From IMG/VR virus record IMGVR_UViG_3300045988_039373, positions 1-64,000 of that record: 64,000 nucleotides of DNA; one strand, written 5' to 3'. The stretch's first letter is position 1. Each line of letters begins with the position of its first letter. The notes under the pieces are model-generated. The model was not told the origin of the DNA, made no database searches, and saw only the letters and a list, made by a program, of their open reading frames with translations. The position numbers and the translations under genes were made by a program. Shown one piece after another: positions 47,079-55,949 of the stretch. This DNA is from a virus.

Positions 47079-47109
47079 CTAGTGATATAAACAAAATCAC
47101 TTTCTAAAC

Positions 47110-47868
47110 TTACTCTTCCGTCAGGTAGAAAAAATTAGGTGCCCAAGCTATAGGATAGTTTCTTTCTTCCCCAGTCTCAGGATGGGTGATATGAGAATCC
47201 CCTTTGAATACTGGGTCTATAGATAGGATATACTTTCTCATCTCAGCCATATCCTTTGCACTGAATGGTGTAAAGTTTGATACCTTCTCCCAGTTGCCAT
47301 CTACATTCAAGTAAAGATTACGACAAAGGAGAGGAGCATTCTTTGTTTGTTTTTCCATAGGCAAAGCCATGAACATCTGTTCTCCTTTACCAGTCATACA
47401 GTCGAATTTGATAAGCTTACCTGAAGAGAGAGTGTACTCATGGTCCGTAAGTTTTTTACCTTCCGGGTAGAAAGGAATGGCATCCGGTTTTTCCTTGAGC
47501 TCTTCTTCAGAAGGTACCTGACCGTAATCAAAAAGATATTCGTGAAGATCTTGGCCATACATAACCTTCCCTCCTTCTTTTCCCCAATCATATTCAAATT
47601 CTACTTCGTCTCCCAAAGAGAAGATTCGAGAATTGAAGATAATACAGTACCGGTCATTAACTGGTAAGTTAAGTGCATCCTCAATGGTTAACTTCCCACT
47701 GGGTGTTGCATCTGTATCTACTACGATTGCTGCAATGAACTTGGTAAGGTTCATCAAAGTTTTCATGTCTGAAAGGTTACTGAGAATATCTTCATCAGCA
47801 CCATTCTGTTCTCTAATCTGGTATTTATAACCAGACGGTCCGATAAATCCAAATGTTCTAAATTCCAT
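47110..47868 (-). CDS. Hypothetical tail protein (252 aa); tail assembly chaperone by position only.
   Basis: It lies between the tube and tape measure genes. I found no frameshift extension. Confidence 0.55.
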   Translation of the reverse strand: MEFRTFGFIGPSGYKYQIREQNGADEDILSNLSDMKTLMNLTKFIAAIVVDTDATPSGKLTIEDALNLPVNDRYCIIFNSRIFSLGDEVEFEYDWGKEGGKVMYGQDLHEYLFDYGQVPSEEELKEKPDAIPFYPEGKKLTDHEYTLSSGKLIKFDCMTGKGEQMFMALPMEKQTKNAPLLCRNLYLNVDGNWEKVSNFTPFSAKDMAEMRKYILSIDPVFKGDSHITHPETGEERNYPIAWAPNFFYLTEE

Positions 47869-47923
47869 GTTAATTACTTTTTATGTTTACAAATGTTCAT
47901 AGTATTCCCTATAACAACAAGAA

Positions 47924-47959
47924 AGGGGTGAGACATCCTATCTCAGGAATCCCACCCCT
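47924..47959 (-). terminator. Intrinsic terminator after the tail tube gene.
   Basis: AGGGGTG (47924-47930) pairs with CACCCCT (47953-47959), with further imperfect pairing inside. In minus sense it is followed by TTTCTTGTTGTT. Confidence 0.5.
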
Positions 47960-47991
47960 CCACCGAATCTTAGTGAAAATAGACTAAGGAA

Positions 47992-48456
47992 TTAGTATTT
48001 ATCTGCAGTACCAACTGAGAACTCAATGGACTCAATGGTATTCTCTGAAGCCATTCTGTCCAAGTCTAAGCCAGTAACTTTACAGGGCCAAACCTCTTCG
48101 AAGATATGGGTGTTAAGAACTGAGACTCCGTCTTCAGCAAGTTCATTTACGATTGCAGTTTCCCATATCTGAGCAGGAGGTAATCCCCCACCGGCAATCA
48201 TATCTTGGCAAGCATAGAGCCAATCATGAAGCCAGGTATCTGAACCTGCAGTAGTCATAAGTTTCTCTACGATAAGATTACCAACTGAAACCCTACCTGG
48301 AGTTTTAACGTCTCTATTGACATCCCCATGAGCAACCTGGTCAATCTCTACATCTGGCAAAGTACAAGTTTGGAACAGATAAGTATTGATAGGGTGCTTG
48401 GGGAACATGATACTCCACAAGAACTTCTTCCGTGGATTTTTTACTTTTGCTCCCAT
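47992..48456 (-). CDS. Tail tube protein (T4 gp19-like).
   Basis: 154 aa, immediately downstream of the sheath gene. FLWSIMFPKHP ... CTLPDVEID is typical of gp19-like tube proteins. Confidence 0.65.
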   Translation of the reverse strand: MGAKVKNPRKKFLWSIMFPKHPINTYLFQTCTLPDVEIDQVAHGDVNRDVKTPGRVSVGNLIVEKLMTTAGSDTWLHDWLYACQDMIAGGGLPPAQIWETAIVNELAEDGVSVLNTHIFEEVWPCKVTGLDLDRMASENTIESIEFSVGTADKY

Positions 48457-48468
48457 CGTTATAATTGT

Positions 48469-50241
48469 TTAAGCGTTATTACTTGATTCCACAATTGATA
48501 CAGACTTGGAAGCTGCATCAATTACAATCTCCATAGTTACCTCTTGCATAGGAACTACATCCTTATATTTAAGGATAGCACGGTACTTACCTTGACGAGC
48601 ATCTGCCTCGTTGTTAACTGAGAGATCATCCCAAGAGGTTGCATCTTGGTCACCCATCCAGGTATATTCTGTCATGGCATCTTCATCTACCAGAGAGTCT
48701 AGTGTAGGTTTAACCTCCAACCAAATTCTCTTCCAAGTACTCCAAACATTAGGCTCTTCAATGTACTTGTTAAGTACAGGGCGAAGAAACTTCTTCAGAT
48801 ACAAGTTCAGTCTTACGATTGAAAGGAATCGTTCTGAATCTTGTTTTACCTGAGAAGAGAAGCAATGCCAAAGCATGGTTTGTTTGCCTGCATCTGGAGT
48901 ATCCTTGATTACCATTTCATTGATGCAATTCTGGGCCAGAGTATTCAATTCTGAATACCGAGAAGGAGAACCATAGTTCGGGCATACTGGTCCAACGGCA
49001 TCCCCAATAACTCCTCGGTTCATACCTGCAAAGGATTTCCAGGGTCCGTATTGAGTAGCAGAAGCATCTCCCAAACCTGCAATGGTACCTACTACATCGG
49101 AATCCTGAAGATTACCTTTTTCATTGTAGTACTTAAGTCCACCACCGAAGTAGGCAATGTACTTAGAGTTACCTACAGTGCCCAAGCAAGTCTGTACCCA
49201 AGTTACCTGAGCTTTGTAGTCTCTGGCCTGAGTACCCTGAGTATAATGGGTAAGATGTTTCGGAACTTCGATATAGAGTACCCATTCCATCAATTCCTTT
49301 GCCATATCTGCAGCAGCCTTGTATACCTTGAGTACATCTGCATCAGCAGTAAGGTGTTGAGAAATATGGGAAATGAATAACTGATAGAAATCAGTGTAAT
49401 CCTTTACGAAGTCCAGAGAAGCAACCCATTCTTCGGCAGTAGGTGTAGAACCTGCAGAACCGATAGTACCGGTGAACTTCTTTTCATCTTCGGTAGGAGC
49501 AGCACCACCTACGGTTAATGTGATGGCATTCTTAGTACCATCTACATTATCAGTAAGCCATTTGATAAGGTTCTCGAAAGAAGAACCAGCAACTACTACC
49601 GGCTTAATATATTCTGAATTCTTAGCAAATGCACTAAGAGCCAGGTAATCTACCGAAGTATCATTGTTTTCATCTGCAGTTTTGTAAGTGATTACTGGAC
49701 CTTGTTCAAGTACCTGCCCATTGCCAGAATAGATTTTGTAATACAGGGTGTTAGCCTGTTTGTAGAAACCTACCTGGAAACTATCGGTACTACCGATTGG
49801 GTCTCCATAGCCTTTGGTTACTAAGCCTAAGCTATAGGTAGTCCCACTTGAGGTAATTGTGATGAGTGCTGCAGGTGTAGCCGGGTCTGGAGTAGCAGAA
49901 GCCGGTACTATACCTTCCTCTTCAGATTTAGCAGCAGCCTTTGTTTTACTTGCTGCAGTTGCAGCCACTGTACCCTGGGTAGCTCCCTTACCAAGTACTC
50001 GAATAACACGAAGCTTAGAACCACCTGTCAAGGCTTTTTCGATATTTGATACAGAACCATCGGGAACAATCTCAGAACCATAAATCCTTTGGAACTGAGA
50101 GAAAGTAGAGATGATTTCTGAGGGGTCATCGTATGGGCCCTTAGTAGTTCTAGCCAATACACAAGAAACTCCTAACATAGGAGTAGTTTGAAGAACATTG
50201 TTGTTCTTAAACTTAAAATCTACATGAGGTGAAGTTGGCAT
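48469..50241 (-). CDS. Contractile tail sheath protein.
   Basis: 590 aa, directly upstream of the tube gene. The N-terminus PMLGVSCVLARTTKGPYDDPSEIISTFSQFQRIYG fits the sheath family pattern. Confidence 0.75.
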   Translation of the reverse strand: MPTSPHVDFKFKNNNVLQTTPMLGVSCVLARTTKGPYDDPSEIISTFSQFQRIYGSEIVPDGSVSNIEKALTGGSKLRVIRVLGKGATQGTVAATAASKTKAAAKSEEEGIVPASATPDPATPAALITITSSGTTYSLGLVTKGYGDPIGSTDSFQVGFYKQANTLYYKIYSGNGQVLEQGPVITYKTADENNDTSVDYLALSAFAKNSEYIKPVVVAGSSFENLIKWLTDNVDGTKNAITLTVGGAAPTEDEKKFTGTIGSAGSTPTAEEWVASLDFVKDYTDFYQLFISHISQHLTADADVLKVYKAAADMAKELMEWVLYIEVPKHLTHYTQGTQARDYKAQVTWVQTCLGTVGNSKYIAYFGGGLKYYNEKGNLQDSDVVGTIAGLGDASATQYGPWKSFAGMNRGVIGDAVGPVCPNYGSPSRYSELNTLAQNCINEMVIKDTPDAGKQTMLWHCFSSQVKQDSERFLSIVRLNLYLKKFLRPVLNKYIEEPNVWSTWKRIWLEVKPTLDSLVDEDAMTEYTWMGDQDATSWDDLSVNNEADARQGKYRAILKYKDVVPMQEVTMEIVIDAASKSVSIVESSNNA

Positions 50242-50298
50242 AATTCTATTGTGATTAAAGTTAATTACTCGTTTAATTTATACCCTAGAGTATTGTAC

Positions 50299-51003
50299 CT
50301 ATTCCTTAGGTATCTTCAACTCTAGCATTTCATTTTCGTTTTGTTCGAACAATCCAATGAGAGCAGTAATATCTTTGATAGGTGTAAGTGTACCTTCTTC
50401 CAAAAGCTTTTCTGGGAGAATACCATCTTTACATACGTAGGTATATACCTTCTCAAGTATACCATGTTCTACATCGGGATGATCATAATAATTACCAATT
50501 TCAATGAATAGGTTTCCGGTTGGGTCAAGCCTGCCCTTGCTCCATTCCTCTAAGTCATTAAAGTATGGTCTTACATATCCTCTAGCAGGTAAGCCAGTAT
50601 ATAAGATTGTATGCAATAATCTCATATCTGCTTGTGTTTGAGAAACGAGGTGTATATCAACTGTGATATCTTTAGTTTCATAGGGAAACTCTGAAGCTTG
50701 GTAATTACCATCTTCTAACTTATCACCGATGATATATTTGTTCACTCCAATATCACCAGCATAATAACCTTGCAGTTCGATTGTTATTCTGGGAAGAGTC
50801 TTAGGTCCTTTTACTTGATTATTCCCTATACCAAACAAAGGTATAAACTTAGGCATACCCTTGATAGCCTCTGCGAAACGTTTTTCGTTTTCTTGAGACA
50901 AAGGTAAGAAGTCTTCGGGATTTAAGGTAAGACCCATTTCTAGCATTGTGCTGAGGAGACATATATAGAATGTTCTCTCAACTACTTCTTCTGAATTTAC
51001 CAT
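50299..51003 (-). CDS. Hypothetical virion protein (234 aa); tail completion or sheath-proximal by position.
   Basis: ORF track; ATG at 51001-51003. Confidence 0.6.
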   Translation of the reverse strand: MVNSEEVVERTFYICLLSTMLEMGLTLNPEDFLPLSQENEKRFAEAIKGMPKFIPLFGIGNNQVKGPKTLPRITIELQGYYAGDIGVNKYIIGDKLEDGNYQASEFPYETKDITVDIHLVSQTQADMRLLHTILYTGLPARGYVRPYFNDLEEWSKGRLDPTGNLFIEIGNYYDHPDVEHGILEKVYTYVCKDGILPEKLLEEGTLTPIKDITALIGLFEQNENEMLELKIPKE

Positions 51004-51005
51004 AA

Positions 51006-51953
51006 TTAAGCTTGGTCAGGGATAACTCTAAGTCCTTCATCTGCATTTGCCCAATTTACTTGGCCATCCCCTACTTGTATTTGAGCATCGACTACTAGAG
51101 TGTATAAAATTCCAAAAAACCTACAGTCATAATGAACAGTACAGGTTAATTCATCAACACTGGTAGTTGCTGCTGCAGGATAATTCGTAAACCATAGTTT
51201 CCAAGGAATGGGTTCTCCACTTGGATTTGGGATATTACCATTAACTGTTTCCCCAATCTTGGGTACTCTGAAGGGCCTAATAAACGTAGCTACCTCTTCC
51301 CCATTTATAGTGTACACTATGTAACCTCTAAAGGTAGCAGTCTTCACAGCAGGATTATTTGCTGCAGAGTGACCCAATCCTGCCACTGGCCTAATTTCAT
51401 AAGTAACTACTTTAACACTTGGAGATTGGGTTATATTAAGGGCTTTCTCAAATTTTTCGCTTTGAATTAGCTTAACTACTCCGGTTCTTTCGATAGGGTC
51501 ATAAGTACCTGACTGATACTCACTATTTCTTGATAGAGTTTTGATAATAGCTTTTCCTGGGTTATTACCTTCCCCTACTTCTTGAGTTACCTCTAACCAA
51601 TCTACCGTAGTTTCGATTTTCCAATCTACTGCCCGATATTCATCCTGGGGTACATTGTTGAGGAACTTTTGTTGATAGCTATATACTTCTATCTCTAAAG
51701 TCTCACCTTTTTTAGTACCATCAAAGGTATGAGTAGTTACGTCTGGAGAAATACTCCAATAAGTATTCCAGGATTCTGCAGGAGTAGTATTGGCTTTCTG
51801 AACCAAGGTTACTTCTCTTTCTACGCCCTGTACTACTACCTTGAGAATCTGTTCTTTGATATTATCTCGGTCTTCATTTATTGCCTTCGGTTTTACACGA
51901 ATAGTGGCAGTACCTGTTCCGGATAATGCGGATATTTCAAAATCTGCTGCCAT
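51006..51953 (-). CDS. Hypothetical virion protein (315 aa) with an N-terminal Ig/BACON-like segment.
   Basis: ISALSGTGTATIRVKPKAINEDRDN. Confidence 0.6.
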   Translation of the reverse strand: MAADFEISALSGTGTATIRVKPKAINEDRDNIKEQILKVVVQGVEREVTLVQKANTTPAESWNTYWSISPDVTTHTFDGTKKGETLEIEVYSYQQKFLNNVPQDEYRAVDWKIETTVDWLEVTQEVGEGNNPGKAIIKTLSRNSEYQSGTYDPIERTGVVKLIQSEKFEKALNITQSPSVKVVTYEIRPVAGLGHSAANNPAVKTATFRGYIVYTINGEEVATFIRPFRVPKIGETVNGNIPNPSGEPIPWKLWFTNYPAAATTSVDELTCTVHYDCRFFGILYTLVVDAQIQVGDGQVNWANADEGLRVIPDQA

Positions 51954-52510
51954 TATTTTACCCTCCTTATTTCTTTTCTGATTTCATTTCGTATTTCCTT
52001 TTGTAAGGCCGCCTTTCCACCTGCAGCCTTAAATGCAGGACCCCAGAGAGGACGAGGTGGTAAGTTACCATCTCTACTACCATACTCGAGCATGATAGCA
52101 ATCTGATTCAAAGTTTTTCTAGAAGTCTTACCTGTGTAGGTAATCTTCCTGATTCCAATTGGTAATCCTACAAAAGTCCTCTTCTTACCTTTTACTATGG
52201 TAACGGACTTTGCATATTGACCAGTAAGGTTTAGCATGGTATGTTCTCCATACTTCTTAATGGTACCCGGAGAATGGGGTGGCCAAGATACTCCAGAACC
52301 CTTTGGAGGCATACCCGTATTTAAACTACGCCTTACTATACGAAGAAGTTGATTGCCAAACTTCTCTGTACCTTTCGCATAGCCTTTTGTTAAGATACTT
52401 GGGGTTTGAGCAATCAACCTTTCTGCACGAGCTTGTTCTCGTTTATCTACGTATATTTCTAGTGAACCAATTGGGGTCGATAGATTAATATTAACCGACT
52501 TACTTGGCAT
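51953..52510 (-). CDS. HK97 gp10-like head-tail connector / tail completion protein.
   Basis: IAIMLEYGSRDGNLPPRPLWGPAF. The track ORF is trimmed to the ATG at 52508-52510, just after the upstream stop. Confidence 0.55.
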   Translation of the reverse strand: MPSKSVNINLSTPIGSLEIYVDKREQARAERLIAQTPSILTKGYAKGTEKFGNQLLRIVRRSLNTGMPPKGSGVSWPPHSPGTIKKYGEHTMLNLTGQYAKSVTIVKGKKRTFVGLPIGIRKITYTGKTSRKTLNQIAIMLEYGSRDGNLPPRPLWGPAFKAAGGKAALQKEIRNEIRKEIRRVK

Positions 52511-52511
52511 G

Positions 52512-53033
52512 TTACTTGTCTTTAAATAATCCCAGCTCTTCAGCAATTTTCTCCAGGAGTGCTTCTGACCTATTCAATCTGACATCCACATTACCCATAT
52601 AGGCTTTAAATTCTTCGAACTCAGGAGCTGGTTTACCGGGTTCTTTGTAATTGATAGAGCCTAAGATTTTATCACATTCTGATACAATTGCCTCATACCT
52701 TTCTCGGTTATTGAGGATATTCACGGCATTCTGTCTCTGATTAGAAACTTCACTGACAATGTTATCCAGGTTAGTGGTATAATAAATACCATTGTAAATA
52801 CCTTCCTCTGCCTGAGATGGCAAATAGATTGTGATTTGTGATACTGAATCTTGTATCACAAGTTCAAGGCTATTTACAAACCCATCCTTAACCATGGATG
52901 CCATGGGTTTACTTTCACCTACCTTCAAAATCCTTGCCTGGTCGAAGATAGGATAGAGAGCACGTCGGTCTCTTTCTAAGGAGAAGATTATATCCCCTTT
53001 CTGCAACTTTTGAAAAATCATTTTATCGTCCAT
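52512..53033 (-). CDS. Hypothetical virion-module protein (173 aa).
   Basis: ORF track; ATG at 53031-53033. Confidence 0.65.
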   Translation of the reverse strand: MDDKMIFQKLQKGDIIFSLERDRRALYPIFDQARILKVGESKPMASMVKDGFVNSLELVIQDSVSQITIYLPSQAEEGIYNGIYYTTNLDNIVSEVSNQRQNAVNILNNRERYEAIVSECDKILGSINYKEPGKPAPEFEEFKAYMGNVDVRLNRSEALLEKIAEELGLFKDK

Positions 53034-53034
53034 G

Positions 53035-53235
53035 TTACCTCTTATTTATTAAATTTAAACCAAATGAAACTGCACCTGGGTTCTTCTGCATGAAGTCTAC
53101 CAGGTTTAAGAATTGATAGTATCCAAATTGATCTATGAGTACCTGAGCTTTGTTTGCTACTTCTTGTGCAATCTCTATGTTAGGAGCGGGTAATGCCAAT
53201 TGTATCTTAAATTCGGTGAGTTGTTCTTGTTCCAT
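53035..53235 (-). CDS. Hypothetical protein (66 aa).
   Basis: ORF track; ATG at 53233-53235. Confidence 0.55.
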   Translation of the reverse strand: MEQEQLTEFKIQLALPAPNIEIAQEVANKAQVLIDQFGYYQFLNLVDFMQKNPGAVSFGLNLINKR

Positions 53236-53263
53236 AATTCCTTAGTTATTGGGTTAAAACGAA

Positions 53264-53296
53264 AAAAGGAGTACACCGGTTAGATGCACTCCTTTT
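53264..53296 (-). terminator. Intrinsic terminator after the Gly-zipper/Cys-rich gene.
   Basis: AAAAGGAGT (53264-53272) pairs with ACTCCTTTT (53288-53296), a 9-bp stem. In minus sense it is followed by TTCGTTTT. Confidence 0.65.
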
Positions 53297-53320
53297 CAAT
53301 CATCTTAGTTTTTGGCAAAT

Positions 53321-53938
53321 TTAAGCCGGTGTAGTAGTGGTACCTTTCAAGGCGGCAACTACCTGGCTAATGATGTTCTGGTCTCTTTGAGCATCAACTA
53401 CCCGGTTAAGGCGAGCAATCTCCTGGTCTTTGGCAGTGTTCTCGATGAGGCACTTGATTTCCTGTTGGCCATTCTTGAGGTCACAGCAGCAACGTTCCAA
53501 CTGAAGAGCCAAGTCAGATTTTACTTCTTTAATCAAGCCTTTGGTTTCACAGCAGCAATCCGACTGTTGGTGTTCCATGTGGCAGAGACGATCCATAACA
53601 CGGTTGAAGCCTGCGCCCATTTGGTCACGAGAATCTCGGATATCCGAATTAGTTTTGTAACCCAAATCGCAAAGACCTCTTTCCGTAGTGAAACGGTTGT
53701 TAAGGATTTCTCTACCAACACCGGCAACATCTTTTGCTACCCCACTGATTTCTTGAGTAACTCCACGAGCAGCATCAGAGATATCTTTGTAGATACCTGC
53801 CTTTGCTTCTTGAACCGTAGCTTCTACTTTCTGAATATCAGCTTTTGTGTCATTGATTTTGTCCCATACGGAAACTGCAGCAGCACCAAAGCCACCACCT
53901 ACCAATGCACCACCAACGGCTCCCCATCCAGAGCCCAA
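53321..53938 (-). CDS. Gly-zipper N-terminus, coiled coil and Cys-triplet protein (205 aa as tracked); there is no ATG start.
   Basis: GSGWGAVGGALVGGGFGAAAVSVW, then helical charged sequence, then SDCCCETKG ... ERCCCDLKNGQQEIKC. The only in-frame start candidates are TTG (53936-53938) and other non-ATG codons. The antisense ORF 53312-53947 is judged a shadow. Confidence 0.55.
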   Translation of the reverse strand: MGSGWGAVGGALVGGGFGAAAVSVWDKINDTKADIQKVEATVQEAKAGIYKDISDAARGVTQEISGVAKDVAGVGREILNNRFTTERGLCDLGYKTNSDIRDSRDQMGAGFNRVMDRLCHMEHQQSDCCCETKGLIKEVKSDLALQLERCCCDLKNGQQEIKCLIENTAKDQEIARLNRVVDAQRDQNIISQVVAALKGTTTTPA

Positions 53939-54027
53939 CCGGAATGATCTCTATATCCGCAACCATCGTTACAGCCTCTGTCCGCGATTACAACGCCATC
54001 GCCGGCACCTTTTACTTCTACTCCCAT
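53899..54027 (-). CDS. 42-codon ATG-initiated mini-ORF overlapping the start of 53321-53938 in the -1 frame. It may be a leader ORF or the true N-terminus of a frameshifted gene.
   Basis: Hand translation: MGVEVKGAGDGVVIADRGCNDGCGYRDHSGWALDGEPLVVHW. The ATG is at 54025-54027 and the TAG at 53899-53901. Confidence 0.3.
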   Translation of the reverse strand: MGVEVKGAGDGVVIADRGCNDGCGYRDHSGWALDGEPLVVHW

Positions 54028-54097
54028 AATTGTAAGATTTTAAAGATTAATACTTAGGTTAATTATACATTAAATACAGAATGGTGTTGTATTTTTA

Positions 54098-55948
54098 TTA
54101 CCCCAAATTAAATACGTATTCATAAGTAATTGTTGCAGCATTCTGAGTTATGTTGACTGTAAGCTCCCAACCCTCATCATCGTTTTCTGCTTGCCTTAAT
54201 TTAATGGTACCTGACCTTGTTGATTCTACGGTGTTCTCCGTTAAGGTTAAGGTTAACCCATAGTTTCCATTATCACTGGATAGTGTTGTAATGGCTACAT
54301 TTGTAACCCAACTTGGTTTTGAAGTTACGGTTAAAGCCAAGGGATATCTTGTACTTACCTCAGAACCATTTATTACCTTAGTCTTAAAAGAATAAGCTAC
54401 ATCAACTGTAAAGTTATTACCTCCCAAAGCTGACAATCCGGTTCTAGTGGTAGTTCTTGAACCAGTAGGGGAAGTGAATGCCAAGTAATACTTATAAGAT
54501 ACTGAAGCAGCACTCTGTGTAACTGTGATTGTCTTAGTAGTTGCCCCACTATAGGATGCAGTTACTACACAGCTTCTACTTGAAGTACCCGAGTTCTCCG
54601 TAGCAGTAAGTACCGTCTTAGCAGCATTCAAACTAAAACCAGTACCACTTGCACTAACCGTAGGTGTAGCACTCTTCGAAGAACCTGCACTTGTTGACCC
54701 TGAACTCCAATGGTTGGTAGTAGGTATACTTACACTGGCATAAATATTAACACTACCTCCTGAATTAGAGATAGAGTATGAACTTGCAAATAAGCTTATT
54801 ACTGGTGTACCATCAGTAGTACTGGTAATTTTATTCTCTGCCTGGTATACATCGAGAGTTATAGATTTCGATTTACCATTCAGAGATACAGTACAAGTAA
54901 GGGAGCCTACCCTTGTTCTAGCCTTTGCAGTAGTTCCCAAAGAACCTGCACTAACTGCAGTACCATAACTAATGCTAGCACCGCTTGTAATTGTGCCTCC
55001 TCCAGTTGTAGAACCATTCCATCCCCAAGTCTGAGAATATGAGGGCATAGTTGAGAATGAACTTCTACTTCCTCCACTTGCAGGTATATCGGATACACTT
55101 CCTCCACTTACAGTGATTTCACTATAGGTTCTATAACCTGCAGATTGAGAACAACTGATAGTTAGTTTCTTATTGGTTTCTGCCTGAGTTAATACTACAC
55201 TACCCGACTTTGCCGAAGTAGAAGTATTATTTGCCATAGTTACTGAAGTACCAGTACCGGTAACTCCGGTATTAGCCCTGGTATAACTTAAGGGAATTTG
55301 ATTACCATAGGTATGTCCATTTCGGTATTCCTGTTTATAAGAGGTTACAGTAAATGTTTTTGTTCCTCCAGTTGCCCCAAAAGACAGAGAAGTGGGATTC
55401 ACTGAGAATGTTTGAGACCAACTTTGAGATGCTGCTGCCTGGGTAAATGTGAATTCCACGGTTTTACCAGATTCAGATTGAGTAGCCAACCCCTTACCAG
55501 ACCTTGAGGTTAGGTCTAGATTCCCTGAAGCTTTCCAAGGCTTTCCATCTGCCGGCTTACTATAGTTAGTAATCCAACTTGGTTTACTGTTTATTACGTA
55601 ATTAACACTAACAGCAGACCCATTAGCTACATTATCCCAATATTTCTGCTTCGTACTGGTAAACTCAAAATCAAAATTAGAACTACTGGGGTTACCTAAA
55701 GCATCAAAACTTATACTGGAGTATCTCAAAGTGAATGTATACTTATAAGTTACCTTATGAATATCTTCGAGTTTAACAGCTTCGTTATTACCATAGGAAC
55801 TAGCATTGGAGATTTCCAAGCCAACGTAACTTTCCCCCGTTCCTGTAGAGGCGAGTGCTAACAATTCAGCCTTGGTAGGGCAGTCATTACCTGTCTTACC
55901 AAGGCCTACTTTAGTTTTGACAGCACTCCATGTTGCTATCTCTCCCAT
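54098..55948 (-). CDS. Ser/Thr-rich virion surface protein built from tandem BACON/Ig-like repeats (616 aa).
   Basis: Repeated segments of the type FSVNPTSLSFGATGGTKTFTVTSY, KKLTISCSQSAG, KSITLDVYQAEN, KTITVTQSAAS and WELTVNITQNAA. Confidence 0.7.
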   Translation of the reverse strand: MGEIATWSAVKTKVGLGKTGNDCPTKAELLALASTGTGESYVGLEISNASSYGNNEAVKLEDIHKVTYKYTFTLRYSSISFDALGNPSSSNFDFEFTSTKQKYWDNVANGSAVSVNYVINSKPSWITNYSKPADGKPWKASGNLDLTSRSGKGLATQSESGKTVEFTFTQAAASQSWSQTFSVNPTSLSFGATGGTKTFTVTSYKQEYRNGHTYGNQIPLSYTRANTGVTGTGTSVTMANNTSTSAKSGSVVLTQAETNKKLTISCSQSAGYRTYSEITVSGGSVSDIPASGGSRSSFSTMPSYSQTWGWNGSTTGGGTITSGASISYGTAVSAGSLGTTAKARTRVGSLTCTVSLNGKSKSITLDVYQAENKITSTTDGTPVISLFASSYSISNSGGSVNIYASVSIPTTNHWSSGSTSAGSSKSATPTVSASGTGFSLNAAKTVLTATENSGTSSRSCVVTASYSGATTKTITVTQSAASVSYKYYLAFTSPTGSRTTTRTGLSALGGNNFTVDVAYSFKTKVINGSEVSTRYPLALTVTSKPSWVTNVAITTLSSDNGNYGLTLTLTENTVESTRSGTIKLRQAENDDEGWELTVNITQNAATITYEYVFNLG

Positions 55949-55949
55949 A

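Noticed and set aside
47110-47868. A programmed -1 frameshift extension of the tail-chaperone-position gene, as in gpG/GT or P2 E/E'.
   Set aside because: No alternative frame extends past the stop at 47110. The only nested alternative frame (47394-47597) ends well inside the gene, and the 14-codon ORF downstream is separated from it by a terminator hairpin.
47869-47877. GTAATTAAC motif upstream of three late genes (47869-47877, 50260-50268 and a TAATTAAC variant at 54058-54065) as a possible late promoter.
   Set aside because: An A/T-rich 8-mer like this is expected several times by chance in 64 kb of this composition. Spacing to the ATG is inconsistent (0 to about 30 nt).
53316-53323. TAAATTTG (TAnnTTTG) match overlapping the stop codon of 53321-53938, and a TATTTTTG match at 5349-5356.
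   Set aside because: Both lie immediately upstream of terminator hairpins rather than downstream of them, and both lack the extended TATATTTGCA box. Chance matches are expected in AT-rich DNA.
53321-53938. A locally G+C-rich segment as evidence of recent horizontal acquisition.
   Set aside because: A hand count of a sheath-gene line (49861-49920) gives 34 of 60 G+C. Late structural genes in general are richer in G+C than the early region, so the composition is not unique to this gene.
53312-53947. 211-aa plus-strand ORF exactly antisense to the Gly-zipper/Cys-rich gene.
   Set aside because: The minus-strand frame gives a coherent protein (hydrophobic N-terminus, charged helical region) and fits the operon direction and downstream terminator. 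The plus-strand product looks non-protein-like, and local G+C enrichment explains the open antisense frame.
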